From Nymphaea colorata (Eukaryota): a stretch of 64,000 bases of DNA. A model generated the notes under the pieces. That model did not search any database and was not told the DNA's origin. It saw only the letters and a list, made by a program, of their open reading frames with translations. Location: NCBI RefSeq assembly GCF_008831285.2, contig NC_045138.2, positions 23,746,001-23,810,000 of the forward strand. Direction: 5' to 3'. Of the stretch, positions 38,339 to 50,151 are shown piece after piece; within the stretch, counting starts at the first letter, position 1; each line of letters opens with the position of its first letter. The position numbers were made by a program, and so were the translations under genes.

Positions 38339-41300
38339 ATGGTCGAAATCAAAGAAGAGACTGCCCTTCTCGAGGAGAAAGAACCAACCAATGAGGAGCT
38401 CGACAAAACCACCTCCAACAGGAGAACCAGCAACGGCGGCAACAAGGGTAGCGGCTCCCCGACCATTTTTGCCTTCTGGGCATACCTCATAGTCTTCGTC
38501 TCCCTCCTCGCCCTCGTCCTGGTCTCTGTCTCCTCCCTCCAGCAGCCACCCCTTGACGACAAGTCGTGGTTCCTCTCTCTCACCCCTTCCCTCCACTCCC
38601 ATTTTTCCAGAGGCAAAACCATCAAGGTCTATGTTGGTCCCGACAACGAGCAGGCCGTCGAGCTCTTCGTCGTCGAACAAGGTCCCAGGGAGGGAGAGAC
38701 CGTGCTTCTGGTCCACGGTACTGGCTGTGATTCCTTCTCGTTCCGGCATGTCCTTGAGTCCCTCGCCTCTCGCGGCATCCGAGCCGTCGCGATCGATCTC
38801 CCAGGTTCGGGCTTCTCTGGTAAATCCTTCCGGGAAACCGTGGAAGATCAATGGCCGCGGATGTTCGATTCGTTTCGGGACGTTTATGATGAAATCAAGG
38901 AGAAGGGTCTTTTCTGGGGGTTTGACCAACTCGTTGAAACTGGAGACCTTCCCTACCACGAGAAGAAAACGAGGGTTCGGTTTTCAGAGGAACTTAGGCC
39001 GATTGGATTGGATTCCGTGAGAGTTGGGGCCGTTATTGAACAGATTATCGATTTAATGGATCTGTCCCCGGCTCATCTAGTTCTTCACGATTCGGCTGTG
39101 ACGGCAATCAGTGGACTGATGCGGTCGGTAGCTTCTGGATCGATTCGTAGCGTAACCATCGTTGATGCCGTAACAGATCCGAAGAAATCGGCGTTTCCTT
39201 TCTGGGTTCTGGATGTGGTTGGAGTGAGAGAGGTGCTTTTGGCTTCAAAGTGGATTTACACTGCACTGCTCAGACATTGTTGTTCTAAGTCAATGTCATG
39301 GTCTACGGGAAACGATCATCGACTTCTTCTTAAGGCTAGAGGTGGTGCAAAGGCAGTTGCCGAGATGGGGAGGCGGATTAATTCGAGCTTCGATCTGGCA
39401 GAATGGGTCAATTCACCCGTAATGAGCGGGGTGCCGGCGAGAATACTGTGGTCGAGCACGTGGTCGGAGGATTGGACCAAAGAAGGTCGCAGAGTAGCTG
39501 CTGCATTTCCTCATGCCGGATTCGTTGCCCATTCTGGCGGAAGATGGCCTCAGGTGAGACCTGAGCAAAATTTGAACCAAGCGAAATATTTTTTGTTTTT
39601 CGTTTAAATGCGCTTAGCTTTTAGTATACGAACACTTCTGCTATCACTCTTTATGAATTCAAACGACGTCCCAAAGGCAGGCAAGTCGTTGGGAGGCAGT
39701 CACTAGTGGAGCACATCTCTCCGCCTCGGATATCAAGGCCATAGTGATTGTTGAGTTGAGTCACTTTTGCCCTCTGGTGTAACCTGGACCCATGGTTTTG
39801 CTCTACTATGAGTGTGTGAGATGAATCGATCCTTAGCATATTATGGTACCGTGCGTCTGTGATCGTATTGAAGTTCCCTTCACATTAATGTGTCTTTTAA
39901 CTGATCCCCTTGCTAGAGTGGAATCCGCTGTTAGGAAATTCTGATGTTGAACTTTTTAGAATGTTCCAAGTATCGAAAGTTTTTTTGGTATTACCAATTC
40001 GATCAATATCCAATGCGTTCTGCTATCCAACTTCCCTCCTAATAAAGCAGCGGAGATCATATACATGCTTCTTCTTAGAAATTCAGAAAGCTCCACTGTC
40101 GCCTCATACTGCTAGTAATATGTGAACCTGCCTTTCTGCTTGCATTATCCTGTAAGCTGCTTGAACCAAGTTTCAGTGCTTCGTCTTTGAACGCCACAGA
40201 GGAGACCAAGTATCCTCTTCTTTCTTGTCTAGGTCTTTAGCTGATATTGAAATTAATTAACTCGACCTTCCCTATGCACATGATTTGTGGCGTCAAAGTA
40301 AAATACACAAAGGTGGACTTGTAGTTGGCCTTTTTATGAGGACTGATATTGTTGGTATTTTGACAAAATGTGAAATCTTATAACAGAAAAGGCACTGTTG
40401 TCATAAAGTTACCTACTTTGATGATATGACATTCTTATTGCTATATGGAGGTGATAAGTGTAGTTTTTATTAGTTTCCTTTTGAATATTTTGATCTATTT
40501 AATGATATGTTTCTTTGATAAAGCCAATTTCTCAATTGTTTAAACTGAAATGGAGTTGGTTCAGAAAGTGTACTCATCATCCTGAATTTGATAGGGTCAA
40601 GATGACTCTTCTTCATAGAGAACGACTGCCTAACATTCAAGAAGTGTTAGCTGGATAAACTATGGAAGAAATAAGATTATATAATAAGAAACCCTAGGTT
40701 AATATTTTTTTTGGCTATGTCAAAACTGAGACACAATGTAAGGCCCTAAGGCCTCTACATTTTAAATCAAACAAAACAATAAAGACTTCTGTAAGAATGT
40801 ACTGTCATCTTTGCAAGCAACCGAGACACATTAGACATAGATATCCCAAGTTGAAAAGGGAAAAAAAGTGAGTTTTCACTGTGGAGAACAAATAATAAAT
40901 TTCATTAGGTGAAATTCAGGCATCCATGGAAGGAATGCAGGCTTCTATCTCTCAATTTCTGCAAGTTTTTTCATCTTTTTATTAAAAGGAATTCTTTTAC
41001 CAGAGTTACCACTTTCACTTTTTCAAATAAATGTGCGAAGTCTTGGCTTTTGGACTTGGGTGCCTCTTTTCATATGACTCTTAATAAGTCTATACATTCC
41101 GATTGGAAACCTATTTATTTCAACAGATATGTTTTTGTTGATGATGACAAAAATTTAAGCATTGAAAACACTGGAGCACTTGGCAAACACATGAAAAACT
41201 CCAATTTTTTTTAAGGTTTCGGATGTTAGATGTATTCCTAAACTAAATTTAATTCTTGTCATTTTCTCAAGTAACCGACCATGGGAACAATGTTTCCTTC

Positions 41301-44300
41301 TTATCCAAGGATTGCATTGTGCAGGATAGCCAGTTCAAGAAGTGGACTGGCGAAGGCCATAGAAGTAAAGATTTCTATTACATGGACTTTCTTGATTTAG
41401 GCCAAAAATCCTTTTCTAATATTGTGAATGAAATAGTTTTAGAACTTCGTTATAAAAGATTAAGGCATCATCCTTTGGAAAATATTTTCTTTATCCTTTG
41501 TTAAAGAATTCTTCAAAGAAGATTTTTTTTTCCTCTGATAAATATTGTATCTTGGGAAAAATGAAAGCACTCCATTTGGTCGAGGAAAATTTTTCTCCTC
41601 TAAACCTTTTGAATTGAATCAATTGATACATTTGGATGTATGGGGACCGGCATTTGTACTCTCAAAAGGAGACTTTTCTTATTATGTTATTTTTGTTGAT
41701 GACTTTTAAATTCACATGGATCTACTTCCTCAAGTTCAAATATGAAGTCTTTAATTGTTTTAAATTTTTTCACAAAATGATCCAAAAAACAATTTAATGC
41801 TAATGTTATTAGGCTTAGAACCAAATGTGGGGAGAATGTTTTTCCAGTGATATGTAAAAGAAATAGAAGCATACATCAAAGATCTTGTTCCAGAAAACCT
41901 CAATAAAACCTTACATGTTCCCAAAATATGGTAAGTTGTAACTGCTAAAACCTTACATGTTCCCAAAATTGTTTGAAAAATGTTGCGGGCCAAAGCCGCC
42001 CTTACCTCCATTTATTTACTTAAGAATGCCTTCATTATTCCTTTAAGACCTCTCTTCTATTGACAAGCGTTATAAAATTGAGCCTGATTATAACCCATTT
42101 AGAGTATTTGGATGTAAATTTTTTGGTTTAAGTTTTTAACCGATTTAGATGATGAACTTTCTATTTGAGCTATTCATTCTATTTTAATTGGATATGCTGA
42201 AAACATAGGGGATATAGATGTTTGGATTTGAAAAATGGCAACTTTTTTGTATCTAGAAGTGTGACCTTTCTTAAGAACACGAATGACTTTGATCATAGTA
42301 TATCTCAAAGTTCAGATGACTGTTTTTTTCTTCGTATGCCTATTATGTTTAATGATGATTATATTGTTGACTTTGAGAATTCTGCTTGCATTCATAATGA
42401 GACCACCAATGAGGATAGGTCTCTCACTAGAAATGTATTTATTGATGAATCCCCACTAGAAATAATTCCATTAATGAACCTCCTAACCAAAATGAGCAAA
42501 CCTTTGTTGGAAGATCCCAAAGATTCACTAGACCATTCATAAAGTTCCCCATGATGCTCTTTTTTTTTTGTAGATCTTGTCTCATATCTGTACACTCTTT
42601 TATTGAACCCACTTGTTACTATGATGCCAAAGGCAATTCTCAATTGATAAAAGCCATGAAGAATGAGCTAAATGTTATTGAAAAATGTAAAACATTTAGA
42701 TTGTTGACCTTAAAATGCTGCAGGATGTAGGTGGACATAAAGTTAAGACCAGTGTCATAGATATTGCAAATTTGCAATATTTTCGATGAAAATGTCATGA
42801 TAATAATGCCAAAAATAAGAAAAATGGGAAAAAATTGCAATATTTTGAAAATTTTGGGAAAAAATATTTATCGCGTTCTTATCCCAATTTTTTCATTTTA
42901 CTATTTTTTAGCATTGAAATTATAATGGATAACTTAAACTAAATTATTTTCATCATTTTTATTATCATTAAAACATTCCTTCTTCACTGTTATATAGTTT
43001 TATTTATGTTTTCCTGTTAGTTTCTCATTTATTTCATTTATACCTATTATTTTATTTTTTAAAATTTTCCAAGTTTTTCCTGAAATGTTCCCGAAAAATA
43101 CAACTTTGCTGTTATAAAAACCCAAGAACAATCTCACCATTAAAAACCCAAGAACGATATTTGTGACAATGGTTAAGACCAAGAGCAATGAGAGCCTTGG
43201 AAGATATAAAAGCAGATTAGTGGCTAAAGAGTATGCACAGGAATGTGGAATAAATTATAAAGAAAACCTTTACATCCATAGCTTGACATCTAATAGAGCT
43301 CTTATTGCAGTTGGATGTTCAGCCTTTTTAAATGGCGAACTTGATGAATAAGTTGTTTATACGAGAACTCTTCTTGGCATGAATAAGTTCAAGGTAAAAT
43401 AGGTTCATCTTAAAAGAGGCTTTTAATGACTTAAAACAAGCCCTTAAAACTTGCCTTGATAAATTTAGCAAGATCATGAAATAATGTCACTTTAAATTTT
43501 ACTATACAGACACTACGCCTTTTGTTAAGTTAAAACTACTAAAAAAAATAGTCATCTTATTGTCATATGTTGATGATATGACTATAACTGGAAGTGAAGC
43601 AAAACAATGTTGAAATAAAACATTCCATACAAAAGTTTGATATAAAATTTTGGATTTTTGACATATTTTCTTGGTATTAAGTTAACCTATTCATCAAGTG
43701 GCTACCTTCTATCTCATATTAAATTTACCTCTAAAGTTGTTGATCATTTAGGAATTACAGTTGATATAGTGGTGGATACATCTGAAACTCTTGGTGTTAA
43801 AATAAAGATTAATGATGGGGAACTCTTGACTAACCAAATTCCTTAGGGACAACTTATTGGAGCTCTATCTTACCTCTTCGTCACTATACTTGATATAGCT
43901 CACTTGTTCACGTGATTAGCTAGCTAATTTCAGCATGGACCAGCTACAGTTCGCATGAGAGTGGTCATACATATTGTCAGATATCTTAAGAATACCGTTA
44001 CCAAGGGAATCTTTCTGTCTTCCTCATCATCATTGGGTCTCATAGTTTACATAGATGCTGATTGGAGGGATGATCCTAATAACCATCAATCTACAACTGG
44101 TTTCTGCATTTTTTGTGGTAGTTATAATGACTTGGAGGTGTAAAAGCAACAAAAGGTATCTCTTTGATCGACTAAAGTTGAATATCAATTGATAGCTACA
44201 ACTGACTCTGAGGTAGTATGGATAAAAGGCCTTGTAAATAACATGGGCTTGTGTTTGAACTCACCATTGAAGTTATGTTGTGGCAATAAGAGTGTTATTT

Positions 44301-46396
44301 GCATTGTCAGCAACCATACATTTCACTAAAGAACCAAACACATTGAGATGGAAATTCATTATGTTGATAAGAATTCTTGACGAAGGCTACTGAGTTGCTA
44401 TGCATCACATCAAAATATGAAATGGTTGCTTCCTTCAAAATCCAATGTTGGTTCCCATTTTGCTTTCCTTCTTAATAAACTTTCGGTCATCTGACCAGAA
44501 GTTTTGATGGAGGGGGCATCTGACCAGAATTTTAATTTAAAGAGAAGTGAACGTCCGGGGTTTGGGGGTTTTGTGTCTGGGGGGGGGGGGGGGGGGGTGG
44601 TAAGGGTGTTAAGAGGGGAGGGGTCCCCTCCCATCGAGGCTGCCCTTGATGCATTTTATTGGGCGGCCTTTAATCATGCACGTGCCCCGATGCACACATA
44701 GTGGTGCATGCTGTGAGAAGGATCCATGAATCCTATATATATTTAGTTTATAATATTATATCTGTTTTGCTCTTGTGTTTTTTCCATCTTTTCCTTTTTC
44801 TATTTGTATGGTCAAGTTCAAGTAGCCGTTGGGCTATCTCCTTTCCTTCCTTTTGTATTTTTCATATTATAAATAAGGGACTTTGTCCCATTATTTTGTA
44901 AGCTTTATTTGAAGGATCTTGGGAGTTAATAATTCATTTTTTATTCAGCGACAGTGTTTTACTTTCCTTGACACTATTGTCAATCACACTCTCTTTCTCT
45001 CTCATGTATATTTCTTTTGGTGGATGACTATGGTTTACAGAGCTTGCTACTCCTTTCCTTCCAACTCTTAAGTGTACCTGGTTCCTTGATTGCTTCAACC
45101 TGCATCCTATATACTGGTGCCATTGTACTGCTGATTGGATGGGCGCTGAACAACAGTTTGATTGATGCTTGACAAAATATAACAGCTTCTTTCGGAAACA
45201 AACCAGTGTTATCCATTTCCTGGAAATGATTACTGCAACTCAAATCTGGTCATACAACATCGAAGTGTGAGAATTAGTTGGGAATAGTTTTACTATCTAA
45301 CATTAAGATTTTCAAAACAGGTTGATGACTACATATTTATATTGTCTAACATGAGCCTGGAGTGCCAGGCATGCTGGCTATCTAATCTGGCATATGGAAA
45401 CGTCTGGGCTAATGCCTGGGCACTGAGCAGCTGACGTCTTAAATATGATCAAAAGCCTAGTTGTCTTCTTCTTCTGCTGCTGCTGCTGTTTGAAGCAACA
45501 TTTCTTTGTCCTCTTCTTCTCCTACTGTTCGGGGCATGTCTTATCTCTTTTTTATGCTGATTTTCTTTTCCTCGTTTTTTTTTTCCTAAGTACCACCTCC
45601 ATTCTAGGAGCCACTAACTGCTTAGGCAGTGCCCAACAGTTTCGAGGATATGTGTTCCTGGGTTACTTTTTGTCTTGGACAATAACTCTAGGGTAGTGAT
45701 TGGAAACAAACAATAGTGCAAATTGACATCCAGTGGATCAAGCAGTGGGGTCAGTACAGCTTGTATTACATTCATGTTCAGCCCTTAAAAGAGACTTTTT
45801 CAAGCAGCTGGGTCTGTGTGGCTTATATTCTCTGAGTAGATTATAACATCTCAAATAACTGACCTAGAAGTAGTTTCATATTTATGATCTTCTGAAAGAA
45901 AACCACTATACATACCTGAACCCTTATTTTCTTCTGGTTCGTAGTAGTATCACTGTCAAAGTGGCAAATGAGAATCCGTGAGAATAAATGCTATTGTCAG
46001 TTTTAGACGAAATTGGTCATTAGAAGTTGTGAGGTTGAATTCACTTGTAATTTCTTTCAGCAAATAGTTACCAATCTAGTTTGCTTGAATGCTAATATGA
46101 TACTTTTCTTCTCATGCTTATAGGAAGATGGAGCAGATTCAGTGGCAGAAGCAATTGCTCAGTTTGTACTTTCATTGCCAAAATCTGTTAGAAGAATAGA
46201 AGAGACTGAACTGGATAGTAATAGCAAAATGATGAAGAAATCGAATATTCACTTCCATCATGGTCATGAAAATGACCACAATCATGACCATTATCATCAT
46301 GGTCATGAAAATGACCATGATCATGACCATTATCATCATGGTCATGAAACCAGTTACCCGAATGATTACGGACTTGGGCATGAACATTGGAGTTGA
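38339..46396 (+). CDS. AXR4: AUXIN RESPONSE 4-like ER membrane alpha/beta-hydrolase-fold protein, 2 exons, about 495 aa
   Basis: Exon 1 is 38339-39553 (M..I.EE start, TM helix FAFWAYLIVFVSLL, SWFLSL..SL.SHFS.G.TIKV, AIDLPGSGFS, GLFWGFDQLVETG, HLVLHDSA, HSGGRWPQ). GT-AG intron. Exon 2 is 46124-46396 (ED...LPKSVRR, His-rich tail, YGLG). Confidence 0.93.
40700..45100 (+). mobile_element. Decayed Ty1/copia retrotransposon inside the AXR4 intron
   Basis: Zn-knuckle CHLCKQPRH (~40800), protease WLLDLGASFHMT, integrase HLDVWGP, RT RYKSRLVAK..AQ..GINY, YVDD, YFLGI, RNase H DADW..DP and RTKHIE-like motif. PPT-like GATGGAGGGGG near 44510, then a probable LTR. Many stops; ends approximate. Confidence 0.88.
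42750..43171. mobile_element. hAT MITE (422 bp) nested in the copia RT
   Basis: Perfect 8-bp TSD GTTAAGAC (42742-42749, 43172-43179). Imperfect TIR CAGTGTCATAGATATTG versus reverse-complemented CATTGTCACAAATATCG. Removing it rejoins GCRW...VKTKS...RYKSRLVAK. Confidence 0.9.
46256..46349 (+). repeat. 39-bp coding tandem repeat (about 2.4 copies) encoding HHGHENDH(N/D)HDHY
   Basis: Units start at 46256, 46295 and 46334. Confidence 0.9.
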
Positions 46397-49300
46397 ATAT
46401 GATGGCAAAGGAGAAAAGTGGACCAAATTAAGGAGGTAGTTTTTCCTTTTACCAAAAATGGCCTAGTTTAATTCATGGGAAAAAAATGGTCTAATTTCAT
46501 TCTAAAAAGTTTGGGCTTCTTCATTCTTCTGCAGATGGGAGTTTAAATGTGGAATAGCAGTGTATTTCTTGGCTTTTGCAACATTTTCAGTTTTAGGTTC
46601 TGCTGTTGAACAGAGGAGTTCGTATGTTTAGCTTTAACTTGGAACCTTGGAGGTGATGACACATTTGCAGAACTTCTGTTGCTTAGAGCACTTGTACGTG
46701 TTGCCAAAGTCTCTGGCTTTCTGGATGGAGGTGGAAGTCATAGCAGTATGTTTCAATGGCTTCTACAGGAATCATGCTTCTGACAAGTCACACAATTTTC
46801 ATCCCTAATATTTGTTTTGCCTTTTGGATAGTCCATCCTTGATAATTCAAAAACTTTCTTTCAACACATTTCTTTAGATGATTGCTCATGTACCTACCTA
46901 CAGATGACTTGTTATAGATTGGTTGTGCTTTAATATGGCAGGTGAGAAAGCCCCAATCAGAACTCTTAAAAGGGCTTTTGTTGTTGTCATTTTTAAGAAA
47001 GATGGACGTGAATGATTTCTTTTCTGAAACTTAGTTTGATTCCTTTGAAAGGCAGAAAAACATTTCTCGAGGCTTCCAAAAAGAAAAAACACACACTTGG
47101 TTAATTGGAGGAGATTACAAGTTCAACATCTGAATGCTCCCATTGTGTTTGAGGGACTCTGTTCAATTGCACGTGTTTCCTTTTTCCAGTGGGGTAGGTA
47201 AGCTCCAGACCTGGCGTTTTTTGCGTCAACAAAACGGCAAAAAATTGCTCAGAGTGTCCAGCAAATGCTCCTAACAAAGTGTCACTGCAACGAAAGTGTT
47301 CTGAGCAATCACAGAATGTTGAGGGAAGCTTCACTGTGACGAATCTTACTACTGAAAAGATCTGGTTTGGAAATTCAAAGTTCACCTATTACCATTCAAA
47401 TGTAGCTTAGATGAAGTTCTGTTTTCCATTTACAGCTAGGCATTTTGCATCTGCGACCTTTCTTCAACTCAAAAATCCAAATACAGTCCCTTTTGGTGAA
47501 GAAAAAATCCTCCAGATGGTATATGTCAAATTAGATTTATTCTTGGAAATTCATTTTGATTGTTGTGTGTTCTTTTTGCACTTTCATCACGTTCTCTCTC
47601 ACTGCCTCATCAATTTTTGCGCTTGTGTTTGAACCTATGATAGGTATGTTTCTTCACCATTTTCATTTAATGTTTGTAGACATTAAGAATTTTGCTAAAA
47701 CTTAAATTTCTAAGATTTTAACGTTCTAGAATATGTGGCCATTGTTTTGTGTGTTTCATGATTTTAGGATCTAGTGTAGTATTCTTGGTTCATGATTTAG
47801 TTCCGCCATATATGTCAGTTAAAGATTTATAATTCATTTCATGCTAAGTGTATATTGTTAGTTTTTTAAGGCTTTAAGAATTGCCAGTTTGCCTTCTATC
47901 TTTGTGATTTGACCTTTGTTTGTTGCAGTCTTAGGTAAATGCTGAACAACTTTTCTATGTGGTTGATGGTCACTAAAAATGTTTTCATACATTTTAGTTT
48001 TTGGTGTACCACGAAAGTTGATGGGTGGTAGTCCATGTTCATTTTTGCACTCAACGTACAATATCCTAAATTCACTACATGCAGTGGTATTGTGTTGTCC
48101 TAATCTGCTTATGTTTATGGCTTCTTGATTGATTCAGGCAACCATTCTCTTAAGCTCACTGTACTACTTTTAGTTTATTGTAATTCATTTTAATGTGGAG
48201 TGATTTGTTTTTATCATGTTAGTATTCATCTTAATAATTTTCGTTATCCTAATGAACAATTAGTTGTGCTGTGTTTTTTTACCATAAACAAATCGTTCCT
48301 CTTATCTATTTATTCTTTCTGCTTTGCTTAATGTACTTTTTGTTATTTAATTTATGATATAAAAGTTGCTGTTTCTTGCTTGGCATATTTTTGACCTTCT
48401 ATCATTGGCCCTGCCGTTTCCTGAGGATGTACCCAATCACTACTCTACGTTAATGTGGACGGTTTCTTATTATTTCGTGAACTAGTTTCACATCAAAAGT
48501 ACTTGAAAACCAAAAGCACAGAACGTATCCCTTTCCTTTGCATCAATTTCAGCTAATGCAATCTTTGTTTTTGGTCCTTTTAGTGAAGAATCAAACTGGC
48601 TGTCACAAATATGCCTTTAACTTTTGGCCAATACAAATTGACTTCATTAATTATATTGCATGCCAACAAAATTTTTCGAAATATAGAAGGAACCATGGTT
48701 CGAGTTCCATCAATGTTGGAGTTAACAACTACAATTTAGCACGGATTTAATTAGTGCAGTGGAACAGAGTTGAGGGACAGATGACCAAATTCTTTCAAAA
48801 TTAAGTCAACGTTTGACTTTCGACCAAACCCAACCCTAAGTCTAGGCCTTGACCCATTAGATCCGATGAGCCAAATGCTTGATCTCCTTGGCACCATTTT
48901 ATTTGAAAACATCAAAGAGTCGTAAATCCTGCTGAAATCAAGGGGTTCTGACATTATTTTCCGGGCACGAGTCGCACCTCTAGGGGTGCAACTTTTTCGT
49001 GCCTGTAAGGGCTGTCATTGTAAAGGGAATGACCGCAAGAGGACACAAATTTGTGGGCTTTTTATATGCAAGGTTGATGATTGAGAAGAAGTCTGGTTTA
49101 CCAAAGCTCAATGAATACAATGTTCAGATTAGAGATCCTGAATACCACATAAATGGTAATTGGAATGGTTTTTTCATGGTTGCTTTAGAAAGACAACGTT
49201 TGTTGCAACATATAGAACTCGTTTCTGTATTTCATGGTTGCTTTAGAGAGAGAACTATTTATGTCACAGTTCTCCTTCTTAAATTTTTTTTTGAGGCATT

Positions 49301-50151
49301 TGTTGTTAGAATGCTATTCGCCTTAATTTTTCTGTAATATGTGCACTTTTAAGCATAGTTTGCTAACTCACCGACTCAAGTCGCAAGTTGCCTGAGTCGG
49401 CTAGGATCATGGCATTTTCTGGGTCATGAGTTGGAGTTTGGAGTCAGCTGGAATTGTTACATCTTCTTTTTTGTCGTGTGCTCTTGAATGCTAAAGTTTG
49501 TTATTTGTTGAACCATAAAATATCATAAATTTTACTAAGTAATACACATACTTTTATTACACGTTATTCTGTTTTAGTTGATGAAAAAATCAAACACAAA
49601 GCCCTGAACAACTTATCTTTTTCATATCTTTATAGAAAAATGTACTATAAAAGTTGATAAAATGTACTATAAAAGTTGATGATCTAACCTCGCCAAATCG
49701 CTGAGTCAACTCTCTAACCGAGCGACTAAGTCTTCAACCACTCCGAGGCCAAGTCCAGATGTTCGTAAGCATGCTTCAGGCTGGACGGGCTTGGCCTTTG
49801 CCTATGATTGAGAACCACTTTTCTGCCATCAAACATCAGAAATAAGTTATATTTAAAGTTTTGTTCCAAACTTTCGGCCTGGTGAATTTGGAAAGAGAAG
49901 CTAGAATCCTTCTCCACTTGATTCTAGGGAAAAACAATCATAGGATTCTAATCATATGATGTTTTTCTATTTCTACTTTGTCCATTTTCCAACCACCTTC
50001 TTTTGTTTTCCAAGTGTTTTGAATCTATGTCAGCCCTCTACACAAAAATGGTCTTAACTCGTCTTGTCAAGACAATAATACTCTTGACCTACTAAAACAT
50101 CAATTCACTAGGTTTGTCATTTTGTCTCTCCTTCCTTGTCAAACTCCTACA

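Noticed and set aside
38087..38959. 290-aa antisense ORF over AXR4 exon 1
   Set aside because: Codon-aligned antisense shadow of GC-rich coding sequence.
49350..49745. hAT-like MITE with GACTC/GAGTC subterminal motifs
   Set aside because: TIR pair and TSD could not be confirmed.
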